Notes under the pieces: generated by a model
Seen by the model: the letters and a program-made list of their open reading frames with translations, nothing else
Told to the model about the DNA's origin: nothing
The model's database searches: none
Translations under genes and position numbers: made by a program
Source of the DNA: Chromera velia
Lineage: Eukaryota
Assembly: GCA_018398765.1 (NCBI GenBank)
Contig: JAHBMJ010000298.1
Span: 1-49,658, forward strand
Direction of reading: 5' to 3'
Length of the DNA: 49,658 nt
Part shown: positions 12,913 to 31,232 of the stretch, one piece after another
How positions within the stretch are numbered: position 1 is the first letter of the stretch
Layout of the letters: every line of letters starts with the position of its first letter

Positions 12913-13594
12913 GCCATGGCTCCCAAAAGTTCATGAACTATTGAAAGTTCAATTCCGTTGGCCGGCTCCGCCGTGGCGGCCACGGTATCTGACAGGTTGG
13001 CGTCCGTTAATTGGCCGGCTCCGCCGGCGGCCACGGTAGGGGCCGGCTGGGGACGCAAACTCTCCATTTTTTCGTGGCTACTTAAGCATGGGGGGGTTAT
13101 GTTATGTTATATTATGTAGGGTCGGGGTACTGCGGGCATCTCCTCTACAGGAGTATCCCATCCCTATATTATGCATAGTTTGTTTCTTTATATTACCCTG
13201 GTTTGCCCCCTGAGAGGGGATAGTTTTTGGGCAAAACTGCCGTCTGACTCAATAAATTATTTGATAACATTTGAACTGGACAGATGCTTGTTCAATCCGA
13301 TGTGCCATTAATTAGCTCAACCAGTAGCATTGTCCTGCGACAGAAAAAAACCTAACCAGCTGCTCAAATCTTAAAGTTAACTTGAGCCTCAGGGGGCCCT
13401 GTACCAAGCAAGGAAAACCAGTGTATTTGCGATACTGATGAAAAACCTCCAAGACACATCACGCCACCCTCTTACCCACCCCCCGGTTCCAAGCAACACA
13501 ATATTTTTCGTCGTCGAATCATCAATAGGCGTGGTGACGTTCTTCATTATTAAATTTAATAATATTCATTCATTCAATGATATTCATCCATTCA

Positions 13595-13704
13595 TTACCG
13601 CCCTATAAGCGCCGGGCCCATCAGAGTCACTGTGATCTAGTAAGAGCAGTCCTGTGGGAGCGGTCTAGTCAAAGTGGTCCGGGGAGAGCAATCCAGTCGA
13701 GTCC
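13595..13704 (+). repeat. ~100-bp dispersed module, copy 1 (preceded by ATTC repeats)
   Basis: ttaccgcccta.aagcg...ca.agtcactgtg...gagcggtctagtc...ggtccggggagagc..tccagtc shared with 18896-18987 and 19165-19277. Confidence 0.8.
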
Positions 13705-13962
13705 GTACTACAGGCGCGCCTGCGTGCCGGCGCCCCTGCCCAGCGCACCATGGCCCAGGAATCGGTGCGCTGGGCTGAAAGCCAAATACCACTTCGTGCA
13801 CTGACCAGTTAATTCGGCTATCTGATCAATCTGACAGTGCAGCCCTCTTAGTGGCTCCTACTACTTCTACAGCGCACTTCAAACGAGTCTCAGACGTGCA
13901 TAGGTTGTTGAGATTGACAGATGTACAGATTGGTTACTTGTGCTTACTTTGCAGCGAGTATC

Positions 13963-15805
13963 ATGGTCATCTGTGAATGGTGCCAACAGCCCTTTAGCAG
14001 GCAGGCAGATGTGAACAAACACCTTCGAGAAGATCGCTGCCATGCCTACAGAGCTGCTTTGGCTGAAGCAAGCCGGACAGGAAGGATGCCGGAGGCTAGC
14101 AGAAATGTCTGAATGGGGTGGGGTCTATCTGGATGAACGTCCACCTCAGTTCTCTTTGGCAAAGGAGTATTTCAAAGATCTTCATTCTACAATCTTGAGG
14201 AAGATGAAGTGGCAGTATCTCTTGTCCTACTTTCAGACGAGTTCCGTCATTTCAGACATGAACCACCTGGCGGCTGAGCTTGATAGGTATGGCCTTCTTC
14301 GAAATGAAGGTTTGTTTCCGGAGAAACTTGCCAACGACTGACATGCTGTGAAGCACTTTGCCATGAAGAAAGGTCATCTGAACAAGGGCTTTCTCAGAAA
14401 GAGAATGAAGCTTCTGCGTTGCGGTTTGTGGGTGCTTGATCTCGAGCAAATGCTTCGAGACCTCCTGAAGATGGAATCAATCAAACAGGTCGGTGAAGCA
14501 TCCCCGTCTCACTTCCTCAATCTCTCCATCTCTCAGGTTTTGTCATGACCATCTGACTCTCTGTTGTGCTTGCAGGTATGGAGGGACGCACCAGTTGTGC
14601 AGCCTGATGACCCAGAGCCTGATGAGCTGGAGCACATTTTTCAGGGGGATGTCTATCGCAAGCATTCCCTTGTTCTCCAATAGTCTGGTCAGCAGAGAGC
14701 CCGTAGACAGGAGTGGTCAACGGAGAGGCTTGCTGCCGAGGGGAAGCGTGCGCGTGAGCTGGCTGGGAGGCGACAAGATGAAACAGAGTTTGAGGATGCA
14801 GAAGAGTTAGAGGTTGATGGAAGAGCCGATGTTTTTTGGGATGCAGATGACGGGGGAGAGGGGCCAAATTTCTTCGATTTCGATGATGGCGGTGATTCCT
14901 CTCGAGGCAGCAAAGTGTTGATCTCAGAAAAAGATCAACAGCTGCAGGCGAAGGTGGCTGAAGGCTGGGAATTGGAAGAGCTCTGGGTGTTCTTTGGACA
15001 GTCGAATGACAGCACAACCCTCAGCAATCCTCTAGCAGTCGGAGCAACTTACTCCCTCCAGTGGGAGTTTTTTTGTTTGAATTTGACGGGCCGAAGTCGT
15101 TGGGACCTGATGTCCCTTTACTGCGCCGTAGCACACGAACAGCTAAAGAAAGCAGGAGGAAGCAAAGAAGCTGGAATGGATGCGATTGCTGATGATGTGA
15201 TTCGCTTTCTCCGCCGTCTCGCAGAGGGCATCCCCTGCCGCACAGTGTGGGGAGATAGGCTTGTGAAAGGCACCCTGCTTGTAGGTATGTTTGATATGCC
15301 TGCCCTTTCAGAGAACGCAGGGACACTTGATTTGTCGACAGCTCTCCGGTGTTGTCTCTTGTGCTGTTTTTTGAAGAGCTTCCTCCAGAGACCGGTGACA
15401 TGTGGACAGTATACTCAGGGGGTCTCTGTTGAGGACCGATGGAAAGAATATGAAGCAGACGTCCAGACACTCCAGGAGATGAAGGCAGCAGACCGGGGGC
15501 TGACTGCTTTGAAAAGTCATGCAACAAAGACGGGGGTTCAGAGACCAAGCCCCTGGTCTCAACTCTATTCTTTTACCGGCGTGCATTTTCTTTTCCTCTT
15601 CATTTTTGACCTGATGCACATCACGTTGGAAGGAGTCCTTCGCTTTCACGTCTTTTGCATTTTGCGGTGGTTTGTCGATCAGGAGCTTCTTTTCGTTCTT
15701 TCTTCGAAGTCAAATAAAAGGAGGGGGGACATAAAAGGACTTGATCTGAACATGTGGCTTCAGCGGGTTGTATATAGCAGAAATCTGCGAGGTCTCCATC
15801 CTTAA
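13963..15805 (+). pseudogene. EnSpm/CACTA-like (CMC group) DDE transposase remnant with N-terminal zinc finger
   Basis: N-terminal CEWC..F..Q....KH....C finger, then in order IFQGDVYRKH, SND...SNPL...CLNL..RSR, LAEGI...VKGTLLVGMFDMPA....AG....CCLLC and FDLMHITLEGV, the motif order of CMC-type transposases. Probable intron 14489-14575. Frameshift near 14100, in-frame stops at 14339 and 14681, and truncation before the last catalytic Glu. Confidence 0.75.
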
Positions 15806-15839
15806 AGCACGTCAGCACCCCGGAAGACACCAGCTGGCG

Positions 15840-18242
15840 TCAATATCGTCCGGAATTCCCCTCCAGAGCCCCCCCCCCAGCGACGACCTCCAGAGTTTCT
15901 GCCCTCTGGGCAGTATGCTGTGCAGCAGCAGCAGCGGCACGTTGCTGCTCTGCCATCTGTGCAACCACAATCGCCTCCAGGCCAGCTTCCTGTCCGGCTT
16001 CGAAAATGGCAGTCGGCTGTCTTTCAACACCTGGCTGTCTTTCCTTGTCTGTCTCCCACACTTCTCGGACCGCTACGATATCCTCTCTCTCTCTCTGGGC
16101 ACTTTGCTGCTGCTGCCCTATGCTCACCCTGTTGAAGTCTCTTGAGAAACGATTGACTCCTGGGGAAGGGGGTTGGGCCTGGTCAGGTCGTGCAGCAAGG
16201 AGAGAGAGCCTGCGGGGAGGGGAGCCTCTCTGCTGAGCCTGCTGAGCCTGGGGGCCCATCGAGGTTGGGGGGGGGCCCATCGAGGTCGGGGGGGGGCCCA
16301 TCGAGGTCGGGGGGAGTCCCATCGAGGTCTGGGGAGGTCCCATCGAGGTCGGGGAAGGTCTCATCAGGGTTTGCGGGGGTCCTCCCGGTGAATACACTCC
16401 TATGGGATTCTGCTGCATCTGCTGCAGAACGGGTCCCCCCATCGGTCAGGCACCCCCCATCATCTGCAGCTGCATCTGTTGTAGAAAAACAACACCCCCC
16501 ATCTGTTGGGCACCCCCCATCATCTGCTGCATTTGTTGCATTTGCATTTGCTGCATTTGCATCTGCTACATCTGCTGCATCTGCATGTACACTGCCTCTG
16601 GGCCGGCCTCTGCACTCAGCATGCTAAACAAATTGGGGAATCCGACGGGGGGCTGCTGGCTCAGGAAGGCCGCCACACTCATCGGCGTCGTTCCTGCAGG
16701 GCGATTGTACTTTGCGTCTCGAGCTGAACCTGGAGTGGCCCCGTCTCTTTTGGGGCCCCGTTGGGTTTGGAGGGAGAAGACAGCACCCTGCTGCAGAGAG
16801 AAAAGACTGTTGGTGGCTGTAGAGGCCCCAGACTAGACAGCTGCGGCTGCTGCAGACGTCGGCCGCAGTTGCGAAGCAGACGGACTTGTAGAAACCCACC
16901 CCTCTCCATCATCGTCCAATGCTTCGAGGTGTTGTTGAGCTCCGACCATCGTGTGGTGGGCTGCTGCCATAGAGGAAGCACTTGAGCCCGTCATGGTCCT
17001 TGCTGCCCCCAACCCTGCATTCGGATTGGGGTTCTCGATCAGCTTGCACCGCACCCACTTGTCTTTCTTCCCTGAGGCTTTTCCATGAAAATATGTTGCA
17101 CATGACCCTTTCCCCTCCAGTTCCGGTGCTCTGTGTTGTGCGAGCAGTTTCCTGCATACCACACATGCACACATGCACACATACATAAACACGCACAAAT
17201 GGAGAAAGGGACAGAGAGAGGGGGGGGGAGGACCAACCTGAAGACCAATTCTGTTTTTGTGCCGGAATAGTCATCGGTTCCGCCCTTGGAAATCACCTCG
17301 TGTGCAAGAGGACACAAACACACACACATCTCCAGAACAACTTGTCGCTCTGCCTGCCAGAACAGTAGCGTTTTCACGCTTTTCTCGTTTGCCAATGACC
17401 GCCACTGGACTGTTTCTGCCCTGATTGCTCCCCTCTGTGCAATCTCTCATTCTTTTCTCTGTGAGATGAGCATCCTGACGTCTCCAACACAGTCCTTCTC
17501 TCTCAGCTGCAAAAGAAAAGAAAAAGAAAAGACAAATGTATATGGATTGATGGAGAAAGAAGTGTATTTTCAGGGAGTCCGACGCCTCCCCAGAACTCTC
17601 TTCATAAGACTGCTCTGACCTGATAGATCCGTGCTTGTACGAATGAGGCCACCTTGGAGTAAACCGTCTCGTAGACCTCAGGCCCAGTGCGGCTCTGGTA
17701 CTTGGCCTCAATGGTAGTGACCGCAGTGATATGCTCTTTCTTGGGAAAGTTCTCCTTTCCAGCACACTGGATTTACTGTAAACAAAAGACAATGATGGAT
17801 GGGTTTACACAGGAAGCAAACGAACTTCAAGGAAAAAAGCGTATTTTCAGGGGACGCCTCCCCAGAGCCATCTCACCTGAAAGTCCGTCCAAACCCAGTC
17901 AGTGAGAGTGGTCACCTCCTGACAGATTTTCTTGATTTTCGCCGAAATGGCCATCGCTATGGGGGAGTTGTCATACGCGTACACGACTCTGTTCTGTTCA
18001 AATCCCTCTGAAAGGCACCATGCAAACAGCTCGAAATCTGATCGATCCAAATTTAGCTTCTTCATTTTCCTTGTCATCCATTTAGCCTCCTTCTCCCTCC
18101 ACTCGGGAACCTTCTCAGGGTCTATGGGGGGTGCACACGGCTTATTGTCGATTATCGGGACTGCCTGCTGCTGCTGTCCTTGCTGCTACGGCCACCCCGC
18201 ACTGCCTCCTTGAGGAGGCGCTGGCGGTCTCTGATATGCCAT
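15840..18242 (-). pseudogene. Multi-exon Gln/Met/Pro-rich hypothetical protein, convergent with the transposase, with several nonsense codons
   Basis: ATG 18242 (MAYQRPPAPPQGGSAGWP*QQGQQQQ...). GT-AG junctions at ~17877/17776 and ~17619/17508. Stops at 18186 (TAG), 17773 (TAA), 17447 (TGA) and 16566 (TAG). MQMQQ and PTSMGPP repeats. Full exon chain not resolved. Confidence 0.6.
16255..16360. repeat. 21-bp coding tandem repeat x5 (PPTSMGP on minus strand)
   Basis: cccatcgaggtyggggggggg with period 21. Confidence 0.9.
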
Positions 18243-18526
18243 GTACCTCTGCCCCGCCGAAAAAGACATTGTCTCTTTCTGGACGAACAACTCAATCAAC
18301 CAATCAATCAATCATACCTAAGAGGCTCTAAAAGGGCTGCTGACAATGTCAGATAGTCTGTTTTGATCACGCAGATGAAGCTATACTATACAAGCAATAT
18401 ATGTACGTTTGTTATGTATAGATTGGTGAGCGCTGGAGCTCACAAAAAAATGTGGAGCTGTCGCGCAGCTCCAGAGCTGCGTGGCGTATCTGTGTGCTGG
18501 CACGCGTTTTGGCTCGTAGTGCGGTG

Positions 18527-20131
18527 CCATCCATCCATTCATCCATTCATTCATTCATTCATTCATTGAATTTCATTCAATGACATTCATTCATTCATTC
18601 ATTTATTCATTCATTTGTCTATTTATTCATTCATTCATTCATTCATTCATTCATTCATTCATTCATTCATTCGTCTATTCATTCAGTCATTCGTTCATTC
18701 ATTTATTCATTCATTCATCCATTCATCCATTCACCCTTCCATTCATTCATCCATTCATCTATACCTCCATCCATCCATTCATTCATTAATTCATTAAAAT
18801 TCATTCATTCATTCATTCATTCTTTCACTCAGTCATTCATTCGATCATTCATTATTTCATTCATTCATTTATTCATTCATTTATTCATTCATTCATTACC
18901 GCCCTACAAGCGGCTAGTCAAAGTCACTGTGGTCCATTGAGAGTGGTCAGGTGGTCCGAGGAGAGCGGTCTAGTCGGGTCCAGTGCCATCCATCTATCCA
19001 GCCATCCATCCATTTACTCATTCATCCATTCACCCATTCATTCATTCATCCATTCAATTAATGACATCGATTTATTCACTCAGTCAATGATATTCATCCA
19101 TTTATTTATTCATCGCATTTATCTTCGTCTTCTTCAACGAAACAAGAAGGTCGATTCAGTCAGGGCGGTCCCTACAAAGTGGGCCAGTCAGAGTCACTGT
19201 GGTCCAGTGAAAACGGTCTTGTATGAGCGGTCTAGTCAAAGAGGTCCGGGGAGAGCGGTCCAGTCAGGTCCAGTGCTATCATCCATCCATCCAGCCATCC
19301 ATCCATTCATTCCTTCTTTCCTTCCTTCCTTCTTTCCTTCATTCATTCATTCATTCATTCATTCATTCGTCCATTCATTTGTTCATTTATTCATTCATTC
19401 ATTCATTCCAATTCATTCATTCATCCATTCATCTATCCATTCATCCATTCGTCCATTCATCTATCCATTCATCCATTTATTCATTCATTTATTCATTCAT
19501 TCATCCATTCATCCATTCATTCGTCCATTCATTTGTTTATTCATCCATCCATTCATTATTCATTCATTCATTCATTCATTCATCCATTCATCCATTCATC
19601 CATCTATCCATTCATTCATTCAATGATATTCATTCATCCATCCATTCACTCATTCATTCATTCATTCATTCATTCATTCGTTCATTCATCCATTCACCCT
19701 TCCATTCATCCGTTCAGCCATGCATCCATCCATTCATTCATTCGTTCATTCATTCATTCATCTATTCATCCGTTCATCCATGCATCCATCCATTTATTCA
19801 TTTATTTATTCATTCATTTTAAAATTTTATTTATTCATCCATCCATTCGTCCATTCATCCATTCGTCCATTCGTCTATCCATCCCTTTATCCTTTCATTC
19901 ATTCATCCATTCATCCATCTATCTATTCGTTCATTCATTCATTCATTCATTCATTCATTCATCCGTTCATCTACTCACCCTTTCACTCATTCATCCATTC
20001 ATCCATCCATTCATTCATCCATTCATTCATTCATCCATTCATCTATCCATTCATTCATCCATCCATTCATTCATTCATTCGTTCATTCATTCCAATTCAT
20101 TCATTTATCCATTCATCCATCCATTCATCCA
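18527..20131. repeat. (ATTC)n/(ATCC)n tetranucleotide array containing copies 2 and 3 of the ~100-bp module
   Basis: Direct reading. Non-satellite islands at 18896-18987 and 19120-19277. Confidence 0.95.
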
Positions 20132-20769
20132 ATGCAAACGGTCTGGAGTAGGACAGTCTCTTCTCACCTCTCCTCTCCCGACTTTGAAGGGGCTGTGATG
20201 GAATGGCCGGCGGGCGGTGTTCATGGTGGATGCAGCGTTGAGGAGACTCTAAGGCTGGATTAGCGAGTGAATGAAGCATAAATCGAGGCAAGCTGCATCT
20301 GTGGGCGGTGGTAGCATATGACGGCTGCAGTTTGTGGAAGCTGGAGGCGGTCGGTGGTCCGGACCCCGGGTGTGCAGATAGGAGCTGCGTGGTGTTGTAG
20401 GTCTTGTGAGCAAGCCTTGAGTGCGTCTTGATTCGTGCGTACCTTCGAAGGAGGAGAACGGGCCGTCGACTTGCTTGTTCGAAGGGGGCGTGCATACATG
20501 TAGGTGTATTACCACTTTAACATACCGTCGGCCGAGGGCCACGGCATAGTGGACAACAACGTCACGGCGCGTAGTTTGCGTGCCCACTCTTGCGTGTAAA
20601 AATAGTGTTACACTTTGTGTTGCACAATTTAAGCAACCCTGGCATACATATATACTTTCAGCTTAATTCGATCATCATCGCGCAGTCATCGATCGATCGA
20701 TCGATCGATCCATCAATCGTGCAGACGAACTGGTCAATCAATATCAATACTCTCGGGTGTTGCAGCGAA

Positions 20770-21880
20770 ACGTTCGAATTTTATGGTCACAAGAAGGATA
20801 AGATCAAAAAGCAGTCTGATCTGACCTGCTGTTCAGTTTAGAGCTTTGAAAGCTGCTACCAGATTTTGGAACATCCTTTTTATCTGGTGTTCCCAACCTC
20901 TTCATTTCGACACCAGGAGCTGTGGCACATAAAACATATTCGAGAGCTCTTCATGCAAACGATTGAGAAGGAACAGCCCATCTTTCTTCACTTCCAAAAA
21001 TGGATTCCAGCGTCTTTTTGGCCTGGCCAAAGAATGTGATATTTCCTCTTATTACGAACACAGCTTGTGATCAAAAGATCCCTGAACAGCACCAACCTAT
21101 TGGGAGAGAAGCTTTCATCGACGCTCTTATTTTGACTGTCGGAGATACCTTTCCGGAACAGCTGGATGAAAAGGCGTTTATTCAGCTTGTAAAAGAGGTG
21201 ACTGAATTACGTGGCCTTGGGTATGGCATTTTACTCCAGCTTTCGAATGACATCTTTCCTAGAATTTCTTCGTCTGCAGGAACTTCCGACCACAACGTCA
21301 TTCTCTGTAATCGAACGTTTTGCACTAGCAAAGTTTGAGGAGCTTCTCAAAATGGAAACTCCCCAGACCTTTTCAGTTTCTCCCCCTGAGCCTTGCCCAA
21401 CCAGCGTGGCTTATCCTCCGAAAGTGAAGAAGACCGAGTTCATCCTTCTGAACCTCGGGAAGCTCAATACCACCACTTTGAAGGGCCAAAAGAACGAGAT
21501 CAAAGCAAACATTGCTCTCCAGAACCTGAACGGCTTGGTTGGTGACGGCGTCATCCTCGATGGCAGTGATTCGTAGATATTCAATTTTGATGGCCCCGAT
21601 TCAACCTCGGAGCTTGATGAGTTTTTAACCGGTACTCACATCTCCGATGTCAAGCTCGACAACTTCCAGTGGGGTAGGTGAAACCTCTGACCTTCCAGGC
21701 TAAAGATAGCGAAGTCTGAATATATCGGCTCCACCTTTTACCACCTGATCACTGCAGAGGAAAACGATTTTTTGAACTTGATGATCGAGGAGGAGGCTAT
21801 CTGCAAGCTCATCGACGACGCTCTGAAAGAGTGTGATCTGGACACTTGACCTGGAGGTGTTGACCAGCCAGCGTGATGGC
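20770..21880 (+). pseudogene. Degraded coding-like region, unknown family
   Basis: Overlapping protein-like ORFs 21000-21338 and 21211-21576. The latter continues past TAG 21574 (IFNFDGPDSTSELDEFL...). No motif recognised. Confidence 0.35.
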
Positions 21881-23638
21881 ACCTTCGAAGCAAAGTCTTG
21901 CTTAATCCCATAAATTAAGTCTTTTTGCTTAAGGCCTTCTTTTTACTTCAATTATATCAAGAATTTGATTCAGATCAAGTCTTAAATTAAGCTGCTTGGA
22001 AGCTGCATGGAGAAGCAAACGTGTACTTAGGCTAGCTTTGCAGTTTAAACCACCTGGTGCTGCATGTGGTCCAATAGATTTGAATGGCCTCAGTATGTAT
22101 AGAACTTATCTGCCTACTTATCTGCAAAATAGAGACTCACAATTGGGGATAAGTAACATATGAATGTACTCGTATTCCTCGAGCTCCTACTCTTTTTCTA
22201 TATTTCTTTTTGAATTTCTGCACTGATAGCATCTGAAATTTATATTATTTTAATCATCATCATCATCATCATCATACGCCATCGCTATCGGCCCATAATA
22301 GGCATCTAGCGTTCGGTAAGTCACAACACGCAAGGCAGATTATTAAATGATGGACCCTTATTTCGCAACCTTTAGCAAATAGCTTAACAGCTGCATTTTT
22401 TCTCAAACTCTTCCACTTCTGGCAGGGCGTGCTTGTGCATGAGCGAGGCTGCTTCATGTGATGTTGACTGCCAACCATGCCATGCCACCTCATAACGCCA
22501 TCCTCTTCTTTGCTTGTACTTCCTAAGAATTTCCTTCACCTGACAGCCCTGAACCCAGCTTCCTATAAGTCTTCTAAAGTCCGCAGAAACAAACTTATTG
22601 GTTATTTAAAAAAAAAAGGAATTAAAATACTTTATACTTATACAGTCTGAATGGATTAAAATTCAATTAATTGATTTCAATGATAAAAATGTTACCATAT
22701 ATTATGTCTAGTGTTATGTACGCATATATATAAATAGATATGGATAACGATGGCGCGCGTCATAGTCTGATACTCATAGAAATTTAATGGTAATGTCATA
22801 TTAGTATAACTTGAACTATCATTTGCTGGTATCATTTTTTTTCCTTTTTTGTCATTCAAAAGTTATTCATCAATAAATCATCATTAAACCTAGCATTAGA
22901 CGACTGAACCGGCAGCCGTCATGTACAAATACTAATTGATTGAGGTTAGAGTATTTTGGGAGGCATGCTTTTGTGAAACATTGACTTAAGTTTCAAGTTT
23001 AACGTACTTTCTTAACCCTAGTAGTTCCTAGCGTCTAGCTTGCTATTCTTGTTATTCATTTTATAGTTTTTACCTATTTTGGCTGTTCTATCGTTCGTTC
23101 TCCTTCATAATGAACTGTCAACTTGCTGTCGGCCTTCTTCCTCCTTTAGGGATGTTGGGCACTTCTTATCCCTCTGTCATGACCAGCGCGCTGCGTATAG
23201 ACTCACTCAGAAACCTTCGCTCTTCACTTAGATATCGTACGCGGAGTTAGATAAGTCGACCGCTACAACTCAAAACTGACTTTGCCATACAATGCATTCT
23301 GACTGTAAGTTGTCAATGCCAACTATCGATCACACATACCACGGTTCAATGGAGTCCATCGCATTCTTGTGGATGGTCACTCACAAATTGACTCGATCGG
23401 TCTCTGTGATCAAAAAAACAACAGCCCCTCCCCCCTGCCCCCCCCAGACACCAAAAAAATCCATCACAAAACAAACATTTAAGTCGTCCTCACTTAATTG
23501 TCTGCCATGCGGTCACGCTTTCACCTTCAATTCATGAAAAAAGAGAGAGAAGGACATTTGGGAGTGACATCGAATGACTGCGTAACGTGCATACCCTTCC
23601 CCCCATCACCGTACCTCACGTTCGTCTGTGCAGTGAGT

Positions 23639-28723
<5,085 letters not shown>

Positions 28724-28879
28724 GTCTCTTACCCTCAAATCTTTTGGTCCTGTCAGATTCTGGTAGAACTTCTTTGGCAAACAGAGAACACCGGAAAACG
28801 CTCTCGACAACAAGGTGATAGTAGATGTCGCCAACTCAACTTCAGTGATATTGTGGCAGAAACATTCTGCTGTACGACA

Positions 28880-29100
28880 TGGTCCATGCATGCAGTATAG
28901 ACGGCCGCGCTCACTGTCTGCCTGGAATTTGTGTGGTGCATCATGCAACGCGGGCCGATCAATAGAAAATCACGAATGTGGCCCGCGCGCGCGCGGCCAG
29001 CGCGCGGCCAGCACGCGGGTCCGAATTCGCTTAATTTCCCGGGCCACGAATTAAATCCATCGCCATCTCCAGTGGGGACACGGCATGCATGAAAAAACCC
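28880..29100 (-). promoter_or_regulatory. Putative promoter of the six-exon gene
   Basis: TGCATGCA at 28887-28894 (~165 bp upstream of the ATG), GCATGCAT at ~29082 and a GC-rich block gcgcgcggccagcgcgcggccagc at 28981-29020. TGCATGCA is a known ApiAP2-bound motif in apicomplexans. Confidence 0.4.
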
Positions 29101-29371
29101 TCAATCATCTGAGATTCATCTCCAGTGGATACCAGTGGAGCTTCATTGATCTTAATTGATAACAGTTTTGTAATTCAGAAGACCTTTTCCTTTTGTTCTA
29201 TGCATACGCAGAGTTATGCAGAGTCTTTCGGGCGTCCCGTAGCAGATTGGGGCCGCTCTGCAGCCTTGCCGCGCTAGCCACCGCGTTTACTCACAAACGC
29301 CGCAAACTTTAAATTAGCCTTTAATTACAGACATTAATTGAGAGTCTTATTCAAAAAAACAAACAAACTGT

Positions 29372-31232
29372 TTTATCCCTCCTGTCCGGCCACCTTATGG
29401 CATCCACTAGGGTGTCCAGAGAGAAGGTAAAGTGAGGACAAGAACCTTAGGGAAGGTTAAGAGAAGGAACATAAGTAACACTAACTCAAGCAACACCTTA
29501 CAGGTTCACGTAAACCAGGTCTTAATCCTATTTTGACTCTAAGAGGTCCTATCGAGCTTTGTCTTCAGACCAAGTCTTCCGACTCTATAGATTTAATATG
29601 ATTCAATGACTTCGGCTGACGTACTTCAACTCAAACCTGCCATAGGATGTTGCTCAGACAACATATTGCTAAAGAGGCCATGCAAACGTAAACTTGCATG
29701 GCATTGCATGCGCAGAGCTTCGAGTGCAACATATATAGGCAGACAGCATATACACGTGGCAGCGGAGCATGACGTCAGCATGCGGGTTTATTCAGATACA
29801 GCATATGCGAGGGTCCAGAGGGCGGTACCACACTGTCAGGGTAGGACTCCACAGATCCCCCCCGATCACGGACAGGAAAATCGCGTCCCCGCGATCAGTC
29901 AGACACATTCAAACATGCACGGAAAAGGAAAAAAGGCAAGCAAAAGGATATGATCAACCATGCAGACGCAATGCAAACCCATGCAACCAACAGAATACCT
30001 TCAAGGAGGTAGTCAAAAAAATCTAGATGCGAAAGCTGATAAGCAGAAAAGTTTTCTCCCATTGATGCAAGTCAATCAGATTAACGTACGCAAAGGTATT
30101 ATTACCACTGCCTCACCGGCAATGCCAACCTGCTAGGCCTTTCCTCGAAAAGCCTGTTTTAGGGACGTCGGCTTGCTCGGGGTCTGCAGAAGCATACCCT
30201 CCCTACCTGAGACTGGCAGCAGGGTCCATCATTGGACGGCTGCAAGCTTCCCAATACAAGGTTTTACGTTTCCTCAGCTTTTTCATTAACCTTTCGTACC
30301 CCCCAAAAAGAAAAAACGAGACCGAAATGCTAGACAGAAAGAGTAATAGAGAGCAGGATACAGTCACTGGTAGGCCTGTGCGGTATCTGTGTAGTCACAT
30401 ATATGCAGGCATCTCCACGCCGATGCATAACATTATGCTTGCAGTTGTTTATACTTTTCTGGAGTCCTACTCTGTGGTACTGCCCTTTGAGCCTTTGCAT
30501 GCGCCGTGACTGAGTGAGCCAGCATGCCGTCCTATATTCTGCTGCCGTACTTTGCTTTGTATGTGTTGTGCGCGCATCGGTCGAAGTCGAGTCTGACCTT
30601 CGCAATGTTCGTATTCAAGCAATGTCACTTGAGCAACAGATAGGATCGTTTAAAGTTAATGTCTGTTTATCATAGATCGTGAGTCTGAGACTCTAAGAGA
30701 GAGGAACAGAGAGAAGCATAAGTAGAATTTGTGCAATGATAGAATGAACTCAACTGATGGGAATCTCAGATCGCTCTAGAGCTAAACCTTCTGTAAACTG
30801 TTGCCTGAATAAGTGTTGCTCACGTTCCTTCTCTAGATCTTCCTAAAATTCTTATCCTCGCTTTACCTTCTGTCTGGACGCCATAAAGTGGCCGGACAGG
30901 AGGAACAAAGCACTTTACTCTTTTTTTATCCTCATCTCCCTCTCTTTTGCTCTCCTACTTCTCACTCCTGCTTTGTTTTCCCCTCTCTGTCTTTTTTCCT
31001 CCTCCGAGGCGCCGGCCTTGCACCAATGTACACCAATGCGGCAAAGTCAGACAAGCAAACGCGGCTACATGGAGGCAAAAGTAAAGGAAATACACTTTCA
31101 ACAACATACCCCGCATGACTGCTGCTATAAAAAAGACAGCCATAGCGAGAAGCCAGAGAAACAAATGGCCGAAACTGGGAAAAGAAAAGGGCAGACCGAT
31201 CGACCTTTTACAGAGTAACAAACAGACTCAGT
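29372..31232. repeat. Modular repeat cluster, left copy: C(-,diverged) 29372-29850, B(+) ~29855-30455, C(+) 30461-30912, A(+) 30913-31232
   Basis: B is the reverse complement of ~38232-38818. C+A is a direct copy of 38819-39602. 29372-29850 is a diverged reverse complement of C (e.g. tttatccctcctgtccggccaccttatgg). Confidence 0.85.

Noticed and set aside
21440..21575. APE/EEP endonuclease N-terminus (NLGKLNTTTLKGQKNEI)
   Set aside because: It lacks the following QE motif and the downstream GDFN/SDH motifs in the right order.
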